The translations under genes and the position numbers were made by a program. A stretch of DNA of 64,000 nt from Vescimonas sp. (GTDB taxonomy: Bacteria > Bacillota > Clostridia > Oscillospirales > Oscillospiraceae): assembly GCA_045639965.1 (NCBI GenBank), contig JAZUEB010000081.1:6013-70012 (forward strand). Direction: 5' to 3'. The notes under the pieces were generated by a model that was not told the DNA's origin, made no database searches, and saw nothing but the letters and a program-made list of their open reading frames with translations. This document shows, one piece after another, positions 28,117-37,818 of this stretch (the first letter of the stretch is position 1; each line of letters begins with the position of its first letter).

Positions 28117-29229
28117 ATGGCATCGAAAGTCTATTTTGCAGACCTGCGCACCGATTATAGAGAGAACTTACAGCAGAAACTGACCCGCCTTTTGAAAACC
28201 GCCGGTATGGGGGATATCAACTTTGACGGCAAGTTCGTTGCTATCAAAATGCACTTTGGTGAACCGGGCAACCTGGCGTTCCTGCGTCCCAACTGGGCCA
28301 AAACTGTAGCGGATTTTATCAAGGAGCGTGGCGGTAAGCCATTTTTGACGGACTGTGCGACGCTGTATGTCGGTGGGCGCAAAAACGCTCTTGACCATCT
28401 GGACAGCGCCATGCTAAATGGCTTTTCGCCCATGACCACCGGATGCCAGGTTATTATTGCCGATGGCTTGAAGGGCAACGACGAGGTGTATGTACCGGTC
28501 AAGGGCGGCGAGTATGTAAAAGAGGCCAAGATCGGCCGTGCCGTGATGGATGCTGATGTGTTCATCTCCCTGAGCCATTTTAAGGGTCACGAGGAGGCCG
28601 GATTCGGCGGCTGCATGAAGAATATCGGCATGGGCTGCGGCAGCCGCGCCGGTAAGATGGAGCAGCACAATGACGGCAAGCCCGGCGTGAAGCAGAAGCA
28701 CTGCATCGGCTGTCACGCCTGCGAGAAGATCTGCGCCCACGGCGCACCCCAGGTGGCGGACGGGAAATGCACCATCGACCACAGCAAGTGTGTGGGCTGC
28801 GGACGCTGCATTGCCATCTGCCCCAGGGATGCCATTGAGCCGCCTTGGGATGCTAATACCAATACCCTCAATGCCAAGATCGCCGAATATACCAAGGCGG
28901 TCATTGACGGACGGCCCAACTTCCACATCTCTATCGTCATCGACGTGTCCCCCAACTGCGACTGCCACAGCGAGAACGATGCCGCCATCGTGCCCAACGT
29001 GGGTATGTTCGCATCCTACGATCCCGTGGCGTTGGATATGGCGTGTGCCGATGCGGTGAACGCTATGCCCATCAACGCCAACACCATGCTCAGCGACAAT
29101 CGGGTAGGGGAGCACGCCCACGATGATTATTTCCACGCGGTACACTCCAATACCAACTGGATCACCTGCATCGAGCACGCGGAGAAGATCGGACTGGGTA
29201 CCAGAGAATACGAGCTGATCAAGATTTGA
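28117..29229 (+). CDS. DUF362 domain iron-sulfur protein
   Basis: KMHFGE, SHFKGH, KNIGMGC, two CxxCxxC..CP ferredoxin motifs, PNCDC and DPVALD. Confidence 0.85.
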   Translation: MASKVYFADLRTDYRENLQQKLTRLLKTAGMGDINFDGKFVAIKMHFGEPGNLAFLRPNWAKTVADFIKERGGKPFLTDCATLYVGGRKNALDHLDSAMLNGFSPMTTGCQVIIADGLKGNDEVYVPVKGGEYVKEAKIGRAVMDADVFISLSHFKGHEEAGFGGCMKNIGMGCGSRAGKMEQHNDGKPGVKQKHCIGCHACEKICAHGAPQVADGKCTIDHSKCVGCGRCIAICPRDAIEPPWDANTNTLNAKIAEYTKAVIDGRPNFHISIVIDVSPNCDCHSENDAAIVPNVGMFASYDPVALDMACADAVNAMPINANTMLSDNRVGEHAHDDYFHAVHSNTNWITCIEHAEKIGLGTREYELIKI

Positions 29230-29238
29230 CAAATAGGC

Positions 29239-29271
29239 AAAAAAAGAAGACCCTTGCGGGTCTTCTTTTTT
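29239..29271 (+). terminator. terminator
   Basis: AAAAAAAGAAGACCC-ttgc-GGGTCTTCTTTTTT. Confidence 0.8.
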
Positions 29272-29385
29272 CGTCAAAATAGATAGAGATGTAAACATTA
29301 GGTTAATTATTACAAGGCAGAATTGACAAAAACGGAGAATGCCGGTATACTTTTCCAAACGAAAGCGCAAAAGGAAGAAAGTGAT

Positions 29386-30063
29386 ATGAAGAAGAGCATA
29401 CCGGTTTATGAGGGGAAGCTGCGGAAGCACGCCTTGCAGGTGCCGCAATGTATCAGCGAGTGCAGCGGGATCATCGTATTCGGCAGACGGATTAAATCGC
29501 TGGTGTTTTCCACGGATGTGGCCATCATTAAGAATATCAACGCTGACGCAGTGATTGCGGTGTATCCCTTTACCCCACAGCAGAGTATCATGCAGGCCAT
29601 CATTGGCGTTTCCGACGTGCCGGTATTCACCGGGGTAGGCGGCGGTATGACCAACGGACAGCGCAGCGTGAGTATGTCAATATTTGCGGAGCATCTGGGT
29701 GCTTTTGGTGTGGTGTGCAACGCCTTTATTACCGACGAGACCATCCGGCAGATCAAAGGTGTAGTGGAGATTCCCGTAATCTATACGGTGGTATCGGAAC
29801 GGGTAGATATAGCACCACGGTTGGCGGCAGGAATTGACTTTGTCAATGTATCCTGTGCTGATAAAACGCCGGAGGTGGTAGCGAATATTCGGGCATTATA
29901 CCCGGATCTGCCCATTATTGCCACCGGCGGTCCCACAGAGGAGGCTATCCGGCGAACCATACAGGCCGGTGCCAACGCTATTACCTATACGCCGCCCACA
30001 AATGGAGCGCTGTTTGCGGAGAGTATGCGGATACATAGGGAAAAGTTTGGAAAACTTGAATGA
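29386..30063 (+). CDS. uncharacterised TIM-barrel protein (phosphate-binding barrel type)
   Basis: VYPFTP, GVGGG and PIIATGG..AGANAI motifs; TTGACA-17-TATACT promoter at 29323-29351. Confidence 0.7.
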   Translation: MKKSIPVYEGKLRKHALQVPQCISECSGIIVFGRRIKSLVFSTDVAIIKNINADAVIAVYPFTPQQSIMQAIIGVSDVPVFTGVGGGMTNGQRSVSMSIFAEHLGAFGVVCNAFITDETIRQIKGVVEIPVIYTVVSERVDIAPRLAAGIDFVNVSCADKTPEVVANIRALYPDLPIIATGGPTEEAIRRTIQAGANAITYTPPTNGALFAESMRIHREKFGKLE

Positions 30064-30099
30064 GCAAAAAGCGGGGAGTCAGACGCTCTCCGCTTTTAC

Positions 30100-31455
30100 T
30101 TATTTACTCAAATATTCCGCACACTTGCGGTTGGCATCCCATGCCACCTTTTCCTCGTCCACGGTGACCAGTTTGCCATGAGCCACGGTGATCTTGCCGT
30201 TTACAACGGTGTAGTCCCCCGCGCCGCGGACGCCGACGGTACCCAGCACGGACTTGGGATCATAGCAGGCGCCTACCAGCTCCAGACGGCGGGAGTCGAT
30301 CAGAAACAGGTCGGCACATTTGCCCTCGGCAAGCTGACCGATGTCCTCACGGCCCAGCAGCCTTGCGCTGCCGCGAGTCGCCATCTTCAGAATGTCGTAG
30401 CCGGTGGGGGCCTGACGGCTGGAGTTGAGGCGGTGGAGCAGGAATGCCGTGCGGATCTCCTCCATGAGGGAGGAGCCGTCATTGCTGGCGCTGCCGTCTA
30501 CGGCAAGCCCTACGGGAACGCCCAGTTCCAGCATCTCCGGAATGCGGGCAATACCGCTGGAGAGCTTCATGTTGCTGGCGGGACAATGGGCAACACCGGT
30601 ACCGGTCCTGGCAAGCACGCGCAGCTCCTCATCGTTGAAGTGGATGCCGTGGGCGTACCACACGTCGTCACCGATCCAGCCCAGACGCTCCATATACTCC
30701 AGAGGACGGACACCCTCCCGCTGGAGCATATAGTTCTCCTCGTCTCGGGTCTCGCACAGGTGGGTGTGGAGCCGCACACCGTACTGCCGTGCCAGCACGG
30801 CGCTTTCCCGCAAAAGATCGGCGGAGACGGAGAAAGGAGAACAGGGGGCAAGTGCCACCCGGTGCATGGCACCGTAGGAGGGGTCGTGGTATGTTTCAAT
30901 GACCCGGGCGGAGTCCTTCATAATCTCGTCCACGGTCTGCACAACGCTGTCCGGCGGGAGGCCGCCGTCTTTTTTGGAGAGGTCCATGCTGCCACGGGAG
31001 CAGTACATGCGGATCCCCAACTCGTCGGCGGCGGCAAACTGGGTGCCTAGGAGGTCTCCTGCGCCGGCAGGAAAGACATAGTGGTGGTCGAAGCAGGTGG
31101 TGCAGCCGTGTTTCATCAGCTCGCCCATGCCCGTCAGGGAGGAGAGCCGGATCACATCCGCGTCCAGGTTTTTCCAGATTTCGTATAGGGTCTTGAGCCA
31201 GTCGAACAGCTCCATGTTCTGCACCTTTTGGAGGTTGCGGGAAAACACCTGATACAGGTGGTGATGAGTGTTGACCAGACCCGGATAGCAGAGCATGAAG
31301 CTGCCGTCAATGGTCTCGTCAGCAGATACATCTAAATTCTTACCGATGGACTTAATCAAACCGTTTTCGCAGAATACGTCCACGTTTTGCAGTACGCGGT
31401 CAGCATCATCGCAGGTGACGAGCTGTGCAATATTGCGGATGAGCAAGGTTGACAT
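30100..31455 (-). CDS. 8-oxoguanine deaminase-like amidohydrolase
   Basis: NTHHHLYQ, APCSPF, HTHLCET, AHCPASN and AVDGSASND motifs. Confidence 0.82.
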   Translation of the reverse strand: MSTLLIRNIAQLVTCDDADRVLQNVDVFCENGLIKSIGKNLDVSADETIDGSFMLCYPGLVNTHHHLYQVFSRNLQKVQNMELFDWLKTLYEIWKNLDADVIRLSSLTGMGELMKHGCTTCFDHHYVFPAGAGDLLGTQFAAADELGIRMYCSRGSMDLSKKDGGLPPDSVVQTVDEIMKDSARVIETYHDPSYGAMHRVALAPCSPFSVSADLLRESAVLARQYGVRLHTHLCETRDEENYMLQREGVRPLEYMERLGWIGDDVWYAHGIHFNDEELRVLARTGTGVAHCPASNMKLSSGIARIPEMLELGVPVGLAVDGSASNDGSSLMEEIRTAFLLHRLNSSRQAPTGYDILKMATRGSARLLGREDIGQLAEGKCADLFLIDSRRLELVGACYDPKSVLGTVGVRGAGDYTVVNGKITVAHGKLVTVDEEKVAWDANRKCAEYLSK

Positions 31456-31479
31456 AATGCAAATTCCTTTCCATAGAAA

Positions 31480-31506
31480 ACGAGTAGGCCTTGCGGCCTA
31501 CTCGTC
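31480..31506 (-). terminator. intergenic hairpin (possible partial terminator)
   Basis: ACGAGTAGGCC-ttgc-GGCCTACTCGT with a short T-run on the minus strand. Confidence 0.5.
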
Positions 31507-31517
31507 CGTTATTGTTG

Positions 31518-32495
31518 TCAGCGTTCCTCGCGGAAGTAGGAGAGACCGAGGGACGCAGGGGGTTGATCCTCACGCTTTTTACGAAGGGAGACAAGAATCA
31601 GGACCAACAGGGTCATCACATAGGGGAGCATCTTATAGAGCTCGGAGGTGCTGCGGGTCAGGCCGGGAACGTACATGTAGGACCACATGACGATACCGAA
31701 GAGGTAGGAGCCCCAAATAGCGTTCAGCGGCTTCCAGGTGGTGAAGATGACCAGCGCTACGGCCAGCCAGCCCAAACCTTCCACGGTGCCGTCGTTGGCC
31801 CAGGTACCCTTGATATAGTCCACGGTATAGAACAGACCGCCCAAACCGGCGATAGCCGCACCCACGATAGTACCCAGATACTTGTACCGGGTGACATTGA
31901 TACCGGCGGCATCGGCGGTAGCAGGACTTTCGCCCACGGCGCGCAGGTTCAGACCCTTGCGGGTGTGATTGAGGAACCAGTGCATGACAACGGCGATGAT
32001 CAGCGCCAGGTAGACCAGGAAGCCGTGACCGAACAGCAGCTTCAGAATGCCGCCCTTGGCACCCAATGCCGTATAGGCGCGGAAACCGGCAGAGGTGACG
32101 GGGATCGAGATCTGTCCCACGCCGCCTGCCAGCTTGTTAAGGCTGGCACCGAAGAACTCGGCAAAGCCGGCGCCGAAAATGGTCAGCGTCAGACCGGTCA
32201 CGTTCTGGTTGGCGCGGAGGGTGATGGTCAAAAAGGCATAGATCAGTCCGCCGAAGGCGGCAAAGAGCATGGCGCAGAGCATACTCATGAGGATGCCGAC
32301 AATGGCGCTTGTGCCGCCGTTTAACTCATAGAAGAAGGGGGGGATCAGACCGCCGATAGCGCCCAGGAACATAACGCCGGGGATACCGAGGTTCAGGTTG
32401 CCGGATTTTTCGATCAGGATCTCACCCAAAGCACCGAGCATGATAACGGTTCCGAATGCGATGGAAGAGTCAAGCAATTGCATCAGCTGTTCCAT
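31518..32495 (-). CDS. nucleoside/purine ABC transporter permease (NupC/YufQ-like)
   Basis: EKSGNLNLG, LRAVGESP.TAD.AGINV and LPYVMT motifs. Confidence 0.88.
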   Translation of the reverse strand: MEQLMQLLDSSIAFGTVIMLGALGEILIEKSGNLNLGIPGVMFLGAIGGLIPPFFYELNGGTSAIVGILMSMLCAMLFAAFGGLIYAFLTITLRANQNVTGLTLTIFGAGFAEFFGASLNKLAGGVGQISIPVTSAGFRAYTALGAKGGILKLLFGHGFLVYLALIIAVVMHWFLNHTRKGLNLRAVGESPATADAAGINVTRYKYLGTIVGAAIAGLGGLFYTVDYIKGTWANDGTVEGLGWLAVALVIFTTWKPLNAIWGSYLFGIVMWSYMYVPGLTRSTSELYKMLPYVMTLLVLILVSLRKKREDQPPASLGLSYFREER

Positions 32496-33610
32496 TACTT
32501 GCTCACCTTCTTTCCCTTATTCAGACGGATCTTGTAGTTGACGAAGAACTCACTGCCCAGAATGAAGAACAGGATGATACCGGTGATCATCTCGGAGACC
32601 TCCTGGCTCAGGTTGTAGGACGAGGCAATGGCCTGTGCGCCCTTCTGCAAAAAGACGATCAGGAAGGAGAAGATGATCATTACGATGCTGTTAAACTGTG
32701 CAAGCCATGCCACGATGATAGCGGTAAAGCCACGGCCGCCGGCGGTAGAGGTGGAGATGGAGTGATCCGCACCGGCCACGGCGATGAAGCCTGCCAAACC
32801 GCAGATCGCACCGGAGAGAATAATAGTACGGACATAGGCGCGGTTGACGCGGATACCGGCGTAACGGGCGGTATTCTCGGAGTCACCGATCACGGCGATC
32901 TCATAACCATGCTTGGACTTGTTCATGTACAGGTACATAATGAGGGTCACGGCCAGTACCAAAATGACGTTCCAGCCGTAGTCCTTGTTATACCCGTCGG
33001 ACAGCAGGTTGGGCAGCCATCCTGCCTTGGTATTGGAGTTGAGGATACCCACGGAGTTGGAGCCAAAGGGATTTTCCCACAGGGACACGAAGAAACAGGT
33101 CAGCTGAATGGCAATGTAGTTCATCATCAGCGTGAACAGCGTCTCGTTGGTGTTCCACTTGGCCTTGAAAACACCGGGGAAGAAGCCCCAGATACCGCCG
33201 GCGATCATACTGGCGGCCAGCATGACGAGCAGGAGCAGCAGTGTGGGGAGATTGGCCAGATACTTCATACAGGCTGCGGCGGCAATACCGCCCACCAGGA
33301 TCTGCCCCTCAGCGCCGATGTTCCAGAAGCGCATCTTGAAGGCGGGCGCCAGACCCACGGCAATACACAGCATGGTCATGGCGTCACGGATGGTGACCCA
33401 GGCCTTTTTGCTGGTGCCCAAAGCACCCTTTGCCATGGTGGCGTAGACCTGCAGAGGATTCAGACCGGAAACTGCCATAATGACGAAACCGCAGACCACA
33501 AGGCTCAGCAGGAAAGCGATCAGACGAATGCCCCAGGACTGCCAGGCGGGCAGGACGCCGGCGCGTTTCGACATGATGATCCAAGGTTCATGTGTCTTTT
33601 TCTTACCCAT
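32495..33610 (-). CDS. nucleoside/purine ABC transporter permease (NupB/YufP-like)
   Basis: WNIGAEGQ, NETLFTLMMNY and ARYAGI motifs. Confidence 0.88.
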   Translation of the reverse strand: MGKKKTHEPWIIMSKRAGVLPAWQSWGIRLIAFLLSLVVCGFVIMAVSGLNPLQVYATMAKGALGTSKKAWVTIRDAMTMLCIAVGLAPAFKMRFWNIGAEGQILVGGIAAAACMKYLANLPTLLLLLVMLAASMIAGGIWGFFPGVFKAKWNTNETLFTLMMNYIAIQLTCFFVSLWENPFGSNSVGILNSNTKAGWLPNLLSDGYNKDYGWNVILVLAVTLIMYLYMNKSKHGYEIAVIGDSENTARYAGIRVNRAYVRTIILSGAICGLAGFIAVAGADHSISTSTAGGRGFTAIIVAWLAQFNSIVMIIFSFLIVFLQKGAQAIASSYNLSQEVSEMITGIILFFILGSEFFVNYKIRLNKGKKVSK

Positions 33611-35157
33611 TATTCAGCGTCCCCCTTTCTGTGCTGGGTCATCAGCAGACCCACTTCTTCCTTGGTGACCTTACGGGCATCCACCACGCCGGAGACCTGA
33701 CCGCCGCAGAGAATGACCAGACGGTCACACAGCTCCAGCAGCACATCCAGATCCTCACCGACATAGATGACGGCGTTGCCCTTCATCTTCTCGGCGGTCA
33801 TCAGGTTGTAGATGGTATAGGAAGTGTTGATATCCAGACCGCGGACGGCGTAAGCGCTCATCATCACGGCGGGTTCCTGGGCGATCTCGCGTCCTACCAG
33901 CACCTTCTGCACGTTACCGCCGGACATACGGCGGACGGGGAAGGAGGTACTGGGGGTGACGACCTCCAGCTCTTTCCAGACGTCGTTTGCCAGTTTCTCA
34001 GGGCCCTTGGTGTCCACAAAGGGACCCTTGCCCTTGCGCCAGGAGCGGAGCATCATGTTGCCCGTCATACCCATGGAACCCACCAGACCCATACCCAGAC
34101 GATCCTCGGGGACGAAGCTCATGGCGATACCCGCCTTGCGGATATCCAACGGATCCATGCCTACCAGTTCCTTCTTTTCACCGCTCTGGGGATCGATAAA
34201 GCCGATGGAGCCCTCCTTCACGGGATACAGACCCGCAATGGACTCCAGCAGCTCCTTCTGACCGGAGCCGGCCACACCGGCGATACCCAGCACCTCACCT
34301 GCCATGGCGGTAAAGGTCACATCGTCCAGACGCTTGACGCCCAGCTCATCGTAGGCCGTGACGTGTTCCAGCACCAGACGGGGCGTGGGGTTGACGGGCT
34401 CGGGGCGGTTGATATCCAAAGACACCGCACGGCCCACCATCATATCGGTCAGGCTCTGCTGGCTGGCGTCCTTGGTGGGAACGTCGCCGATGTACTCACC
34501 CTTACGCAGGATCGCCACGCGGTCGGATACCTCCAGCACCTCATGGAGCTTGTGGGTGATAATGATGAGGGACTTGCCGTCCTTCTGCATATTGCGCATG
34601 ATGGCAAAGAGCTTTGTGGTCTCCTGGGGGGTCAGCACGGCGGTTGGCTCATCCAGGATCAGAATGTCGGCGCCGCGGTACAGCACCTTGACGATCTCCA
34701 CCGTCTGCTTCTGGGAGACGGACATATCGTAGATCTTCTGGTCGGGCTTGATGTCAAAGCCGTACTTTGCACAGATCTCGGCGACTTTGCGGTTGACCTC
34801 TTTCATATCGTACTTGCCCTCGCCCTCCAGACCCAGGATAATGTTCTCTGCGGCGGTAAAGACGTTGACCAGCTTAAAGTGCTGGTGGATCATACCGATA
34901 TGATTGTCAAAGGCGTCCTTGGGGGAGGCGATGGTCACGGGTTCCCCGTGGACGTAGATTTGTCCCTCGTCGGGATAGTAAATGCCGGAGAGCATATTCA
35001 TCAGCGTCGTTTTACCGCTGCCGTTTTCCCCCAGCAGCGCCAGAATCTCGCCCTCGTGCAGCTCCAGATTGATGGCGTTATTTGCCACAATACTGCCGAA
35101 CCGCTTGGTGATGTTCTCCATTTTTACGGCGTTTTTTACAGCTTCCAAGGCAGTCAT
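33610..35157 (-). CDS. nucleoside/purine ABC transporter ATP-binding protein (NupA/YufO-like, double NBD)
   Basis: GENGSGKTT, ILDEPTAVLTPQE, VPEDR and SGGNVQK motifs; own TTTACA-17-TAGAAT promoter upstream. Confidence 0.9.
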   Translation of the reverse strand: MTALEAVKNAVKMENITKRFGSIVANNAINLELHEGEILALLGENGSGKTTLMNMLSGIYYPDEGQIYVHGEPVTIASPKDAFDNHIGMIHQHFKLVNVFTAAENIILGLEGEGKYDMKEVNRKVAEICAKYGFDIKPDQKIYDMSVSQKQTVEIVKVLYRGADILILDEPTAVLTPQETTKLFAIMRNMQKDGKSLIIITHKLHEVLEVSDRVAILRKGEYIGDVPTKDASQQSLTDMMVGRAVSLDINRPEPVNPTPRLVLEHVTAYDELGVKRLDDVTFTAMAGEVLGIAGVAGSGQKELLESIAGLYPVKEGSIGFIDPQSGEKKELVGMDPLDIRKAGIAMSFVPEDRLGMGLVGSMGMTGNMMLRSWRKGKGPFVDTKGPEKLANDVWKELEVVTPSTSFPVRRMSGGNVQKVLVGREIAQEPAVMMSAYAVRGLDINTSYTIYNLMTAEKMKGNAVIYVGEDLDVLLELCDRLVILCGGQVSGVVDARKVTKEEVGLLMTQHRKGDAE

Positions 35158-35345
35158 CCTTTCTTTCTGGGAAGAAGTGAAAATGGTAAGCCATCTTCCC
35201 GGATTTGTTCCGAAAATATTCTACCATACAATTTAATAAATGTAAATCAAAATATACAAAAAATTTTTTAGATAAGCAGAAAAAATGTAAGATTTTACAA
35301 GAACGAGAGAAGTTGTTTGTAGGAAATGACTGAAACAGGAAAAAG

Positions 35346-35375
35346 AATAAGAGCTGCCTTTTGGCAGCTCTTATT
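35346..35375 (-). terminator. terminator after BMP gene
   Basis: AATAAGAGCTGCC-tttt-GGCAGCTCTTATT with a T-run on the minus strand. Confidence 0.75.
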
Positions 35376-35403
35376 TGAGTTAGTTGAAATACAGTTCCGT
35401 ACC

Positions 35404-36624
35404 TTAGTTCAGCTCGGTGATACCATCGATACGCAGAGCGAAGGAAGGAGCGGAGATGTACTCGGACTCGTGATAGTAACCGTCCACGATACCCTCGTTG
35501 GTATCATTGGTCCAGTCGCCGTCGCTGTCAAAGGTGAAAGCAGAGGTGACTTCCTTACCGTCAACGGTGAAGGTCTTGGTGTCGAACACGTGCAGCTCGC
35601 CGGCCTTGATGGCAGCCTCGGCAGCGGCAACGGCATCAGCGGTACCCTCGGCGACCTCGGGGCCAAGAGCGGTGATGGCAACAGCGCCGGTCTCATAACC
35701 CTCGGACCAGTCGGTCTTGATGGTCTCGCCATTCAGGAAGGCGTTGAACAGGTAGGTGTAGAACACGGACCAGTCATTGGTGGAGGAGGTCAGAGCAGCG
35801 GTGGGAGCGGCCTTCAGCATGTCAACGTTGTAACCAACGGAGTACACGTTATTGCCGGCATCCTTAGCGGCCTGGACGGCAGCGGGAGCACCGGTGGAGT
35901 CAGCGTGTTGGCCGATGATGACGCAGCCGCGGCCCATCAGAGCCTCAGCGGCCTTGCCCTCTTCCTGCTGGTTGAACCAGGAGTTGGTGTACTGAACGTC
36001 CATATGAGCATCGGGAACAATGCTCTTGATGCCCAGGAAGAAGCCGGTGTAACCGGAAACCACTTCCGCGTAAGGATATGCGCCGACGTAGCCGATGTAA
36101 GGATCCTTGACCAGCCCCTCATCCATCATTTCCTTCAGCTTCATACCGGCAACCACACCGGACACATAGCGGGACTCGAAGGTCATGTTAAAAGCGTTGT
36201 GGAAGTTGCTGAGGCCGGATTTCAAAGCGGTATCGCCGGTCATGGCAACGAACTCCACCTCGGGGTTCTCCTCGGCAGCCTGACGGGTAAAGTCCTGATG
36301 GCTGTAGGAGTTGGTGATGACCAGGGTGCAGCCTTCCTCGACGCACTCGATGCACTTGTCGTAGCACTCGGAGTTCTCGGGGATGTTGTAGCACCAGACG
36401 ATCTGATCATCGGTAATGCCGCAGGCAGCAGCGGCCTTGCGGATGCCGTCGATGTGAGCGAAGGTATAGCCCTCGTTCTCGTCGCCGACCAGGATCACGC
36501 CGATCTTCAGAGCAGCCTCGTCGCCGCCCTCGCTGCCCTCGTCAGCAGGAGCAGCTTCCTGACCGCAGGCGATCAGGCTCAGAGCCATGACCAGAACCAG
36601 GATCAGTGCAAGGAACTTCTTCAT
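35404..36624 (-). CDS. BMP/PnrA family purine-nucleoside binding lipoprotein
   Basis: lipobox LIAC; GYTFAH, YVSGVVAG and IIGQHAD motifs. Confidence 0.88.
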   Translation of the reverse strand: MKKFLALILVLVMALSLIACGQEAAPADEGSEGGDEAALKIGVILVGDENEGYTFAHIDGIRKAAAACGITDDQIVWCYNIPENSECYDKCIECVEEGCTLVITNSYSHQDFTRQAAEENPEVEFVAMTGDTALKSGLSNFHNAFNMTFESRYVSGVVAGMKLKEMMDEGLVKDPYIGYVGAYPYAEVVSGYTGFFLGIKSIVPDAHMDVQYTNSWFNQQEEGKAAEALMGRGCVIIGQHADSTGAPAAVQAAKDAGNNVYSVGYNVDMLKAAPTAALTSSTNDWSVFYTYLFNAFLNGETIKTDWSEGYETGAVAITALGPEVAEGTADAVAAAEAAIKAGELHVFDTKTFTVDGKEVTSAFTFDSDGDWTNDTNEGIVDGYYHESEYISAPSFALRIDGITELN

Positions 36625-36739
36625 TCTTGTTTTCCTCCTTTTTTTTATGTGACGACCGATGGAAAGTAAGGATAAAGTTATCAGTCGCCTGAATAACGGG
36701 TGTTACCCGACATTCACGTAAAGTTATGACACAAACAGT

Positions 36740-36768
36740 ATTATACAGTACCGCTTATCGAATTTCAA
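36740..36768 (-). promoter_or_regulatory. sigma-A promoter of BMP gene
   Basis: minus strand TTGAAA-17-TATAAT. Confidence 0.75.
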
Positions 36769-36823
36769 TAAAAATCTGAAAAGCAAAGTGCTTTTTTCTT
36801 CTAATGCCAGGGATCATGCAAGA

Positions 36824-37759
36824 TTACTGGTGGACCCGGGTGCCGGTTTCACCGGCAATACCGGCTTTGGCCTTTTCCAACAAAGTGATAAGAGCGGTGC
36901 GGCCGGGCTTGGACTCGGCAAACTTGACGGCAGCCTCCACCTTGGGCAGCATGGAACCTTTGGCAAACTGGTTCTCCGCCATATACTGCCGCGCCAGCTC
37001 GGGGGTCAGATCGTCCAGTCCCCGCTGATCGGGTTTGTTGAAGTTAATGGCGACCTTCTCCACGGCGGTCAGAATGACCAGCACGTCGGCGTCCAGCAGC
37101 TCCGCCAGCAGCTCGCTGCCGAAGTCCTTGTCAATGACGGCGGGGGTACCGTAGAGTCTGCCGTCCTTGCGAACGACGGGAATGCCGCCGCCGCCCACCG
37201 CGATGACCACATGCCCGGCATCGACCAGTGTACGGATGGACTCCTTCTCCACGATGTCAAAGGGCTTGGGGGAGGGAACCACCTGCCGATAGCCGCGGCC
37301 GGCGTCCTCTACCATGGTGTAGCCTTTTTCTTTTGCGATACGGTCAGCGGTCTCCTTGTCGTAGAACGCACCCACGGGTTTGGTGGGGTTCCGGAACGCA
37401 GGATCATCTTCGCTGACAACGGTCTGGGTGACGACGGTGGCCACGGGTTTATTCATACCGCGGCAGGCAAGCTCGTTGCCGATGGCCTGCTGCAGATGAT
37501 AGCCGATGTAACCCTCGGACATGGCGCCGCACTCGGGGAAGGGCATATCCGCCTTAATGGCACCTTTCTCGGCGGCGGTGGAAAGGCCCAGATTAATCAT
37601 GCCCACCTGGGGGCCGTTGCCGTGGGCGATGACCACCTCGTTGCCCTCGGCGATCAGATCCACGATGGCCTTGGCAGTATTGGTCACCAGAGAAAGCTGC
37701 TCGGCAGCGGTGTTGCCCAAAGCGTTGCCGCCCAGCGCGATAACAATTTTCTTGCTCAT
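36824..37759 (-). CDS. arcC: carbamate kinase (YqeA/ArcC)
   Basis: IALGGNAL, HGNGPQVG, PTKPVG, VIDKD and GSMLPK motifs. Confidence 0.95.
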   Translation of the reverse strand: MSKKIVIALGGNALGNTAAEQLSLVTNTAKAIVDLIAEGNEVVIAHGNGPQVGMINLGLSTAAEKGAIKADMPFPECGAMSEGYIGYHLQQAIGNELACRGMNKPVATVVTQTVVSEDDPAFRNPTKPVGAFYDKETADRIAKEKGYTMVEDAGRGYRQVVPSPKPFDIVEKESIRTLVDAGHVVIAVGGGGIPVVRKDGRLYGTPAVIDKDFGSELLAELLDADVLVILTAVEKVAINFNKPDQRGLDDLTPELARQYMAENQFAKGSMLPKVEAAVKFAESKPGRTALITLLEKAKAGIAGETGTRVHQ

Positions 37760-37779
37760 TTTCGATTGCTCCTTAGGAG

Positions 37780-37810
37780 GAATAGTGGGAGAGAGGGTCT
37801 CCCACTATTC
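37780..37810. other. intergenic stem-loop (mRNA stabiliser?)
   Basis: GAATAGTGGGAGA-gaggg-TCTCCCACTATTC; no U-tract in the sense direction. Confidence 0.55.
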
Positions 37811-37818
37811 AAAAGTTT

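Noticed and set aside
29289-29297. ATGTAAACA as a further BlaI-type operator
   Set aside because: Half-site only
36640-36738. Canonical purine riboswitch before the BMP gene
   Set aside because: The conserved loop and junction sequences (GATATGG, TTTCTAC, CCGTAAA) are absent
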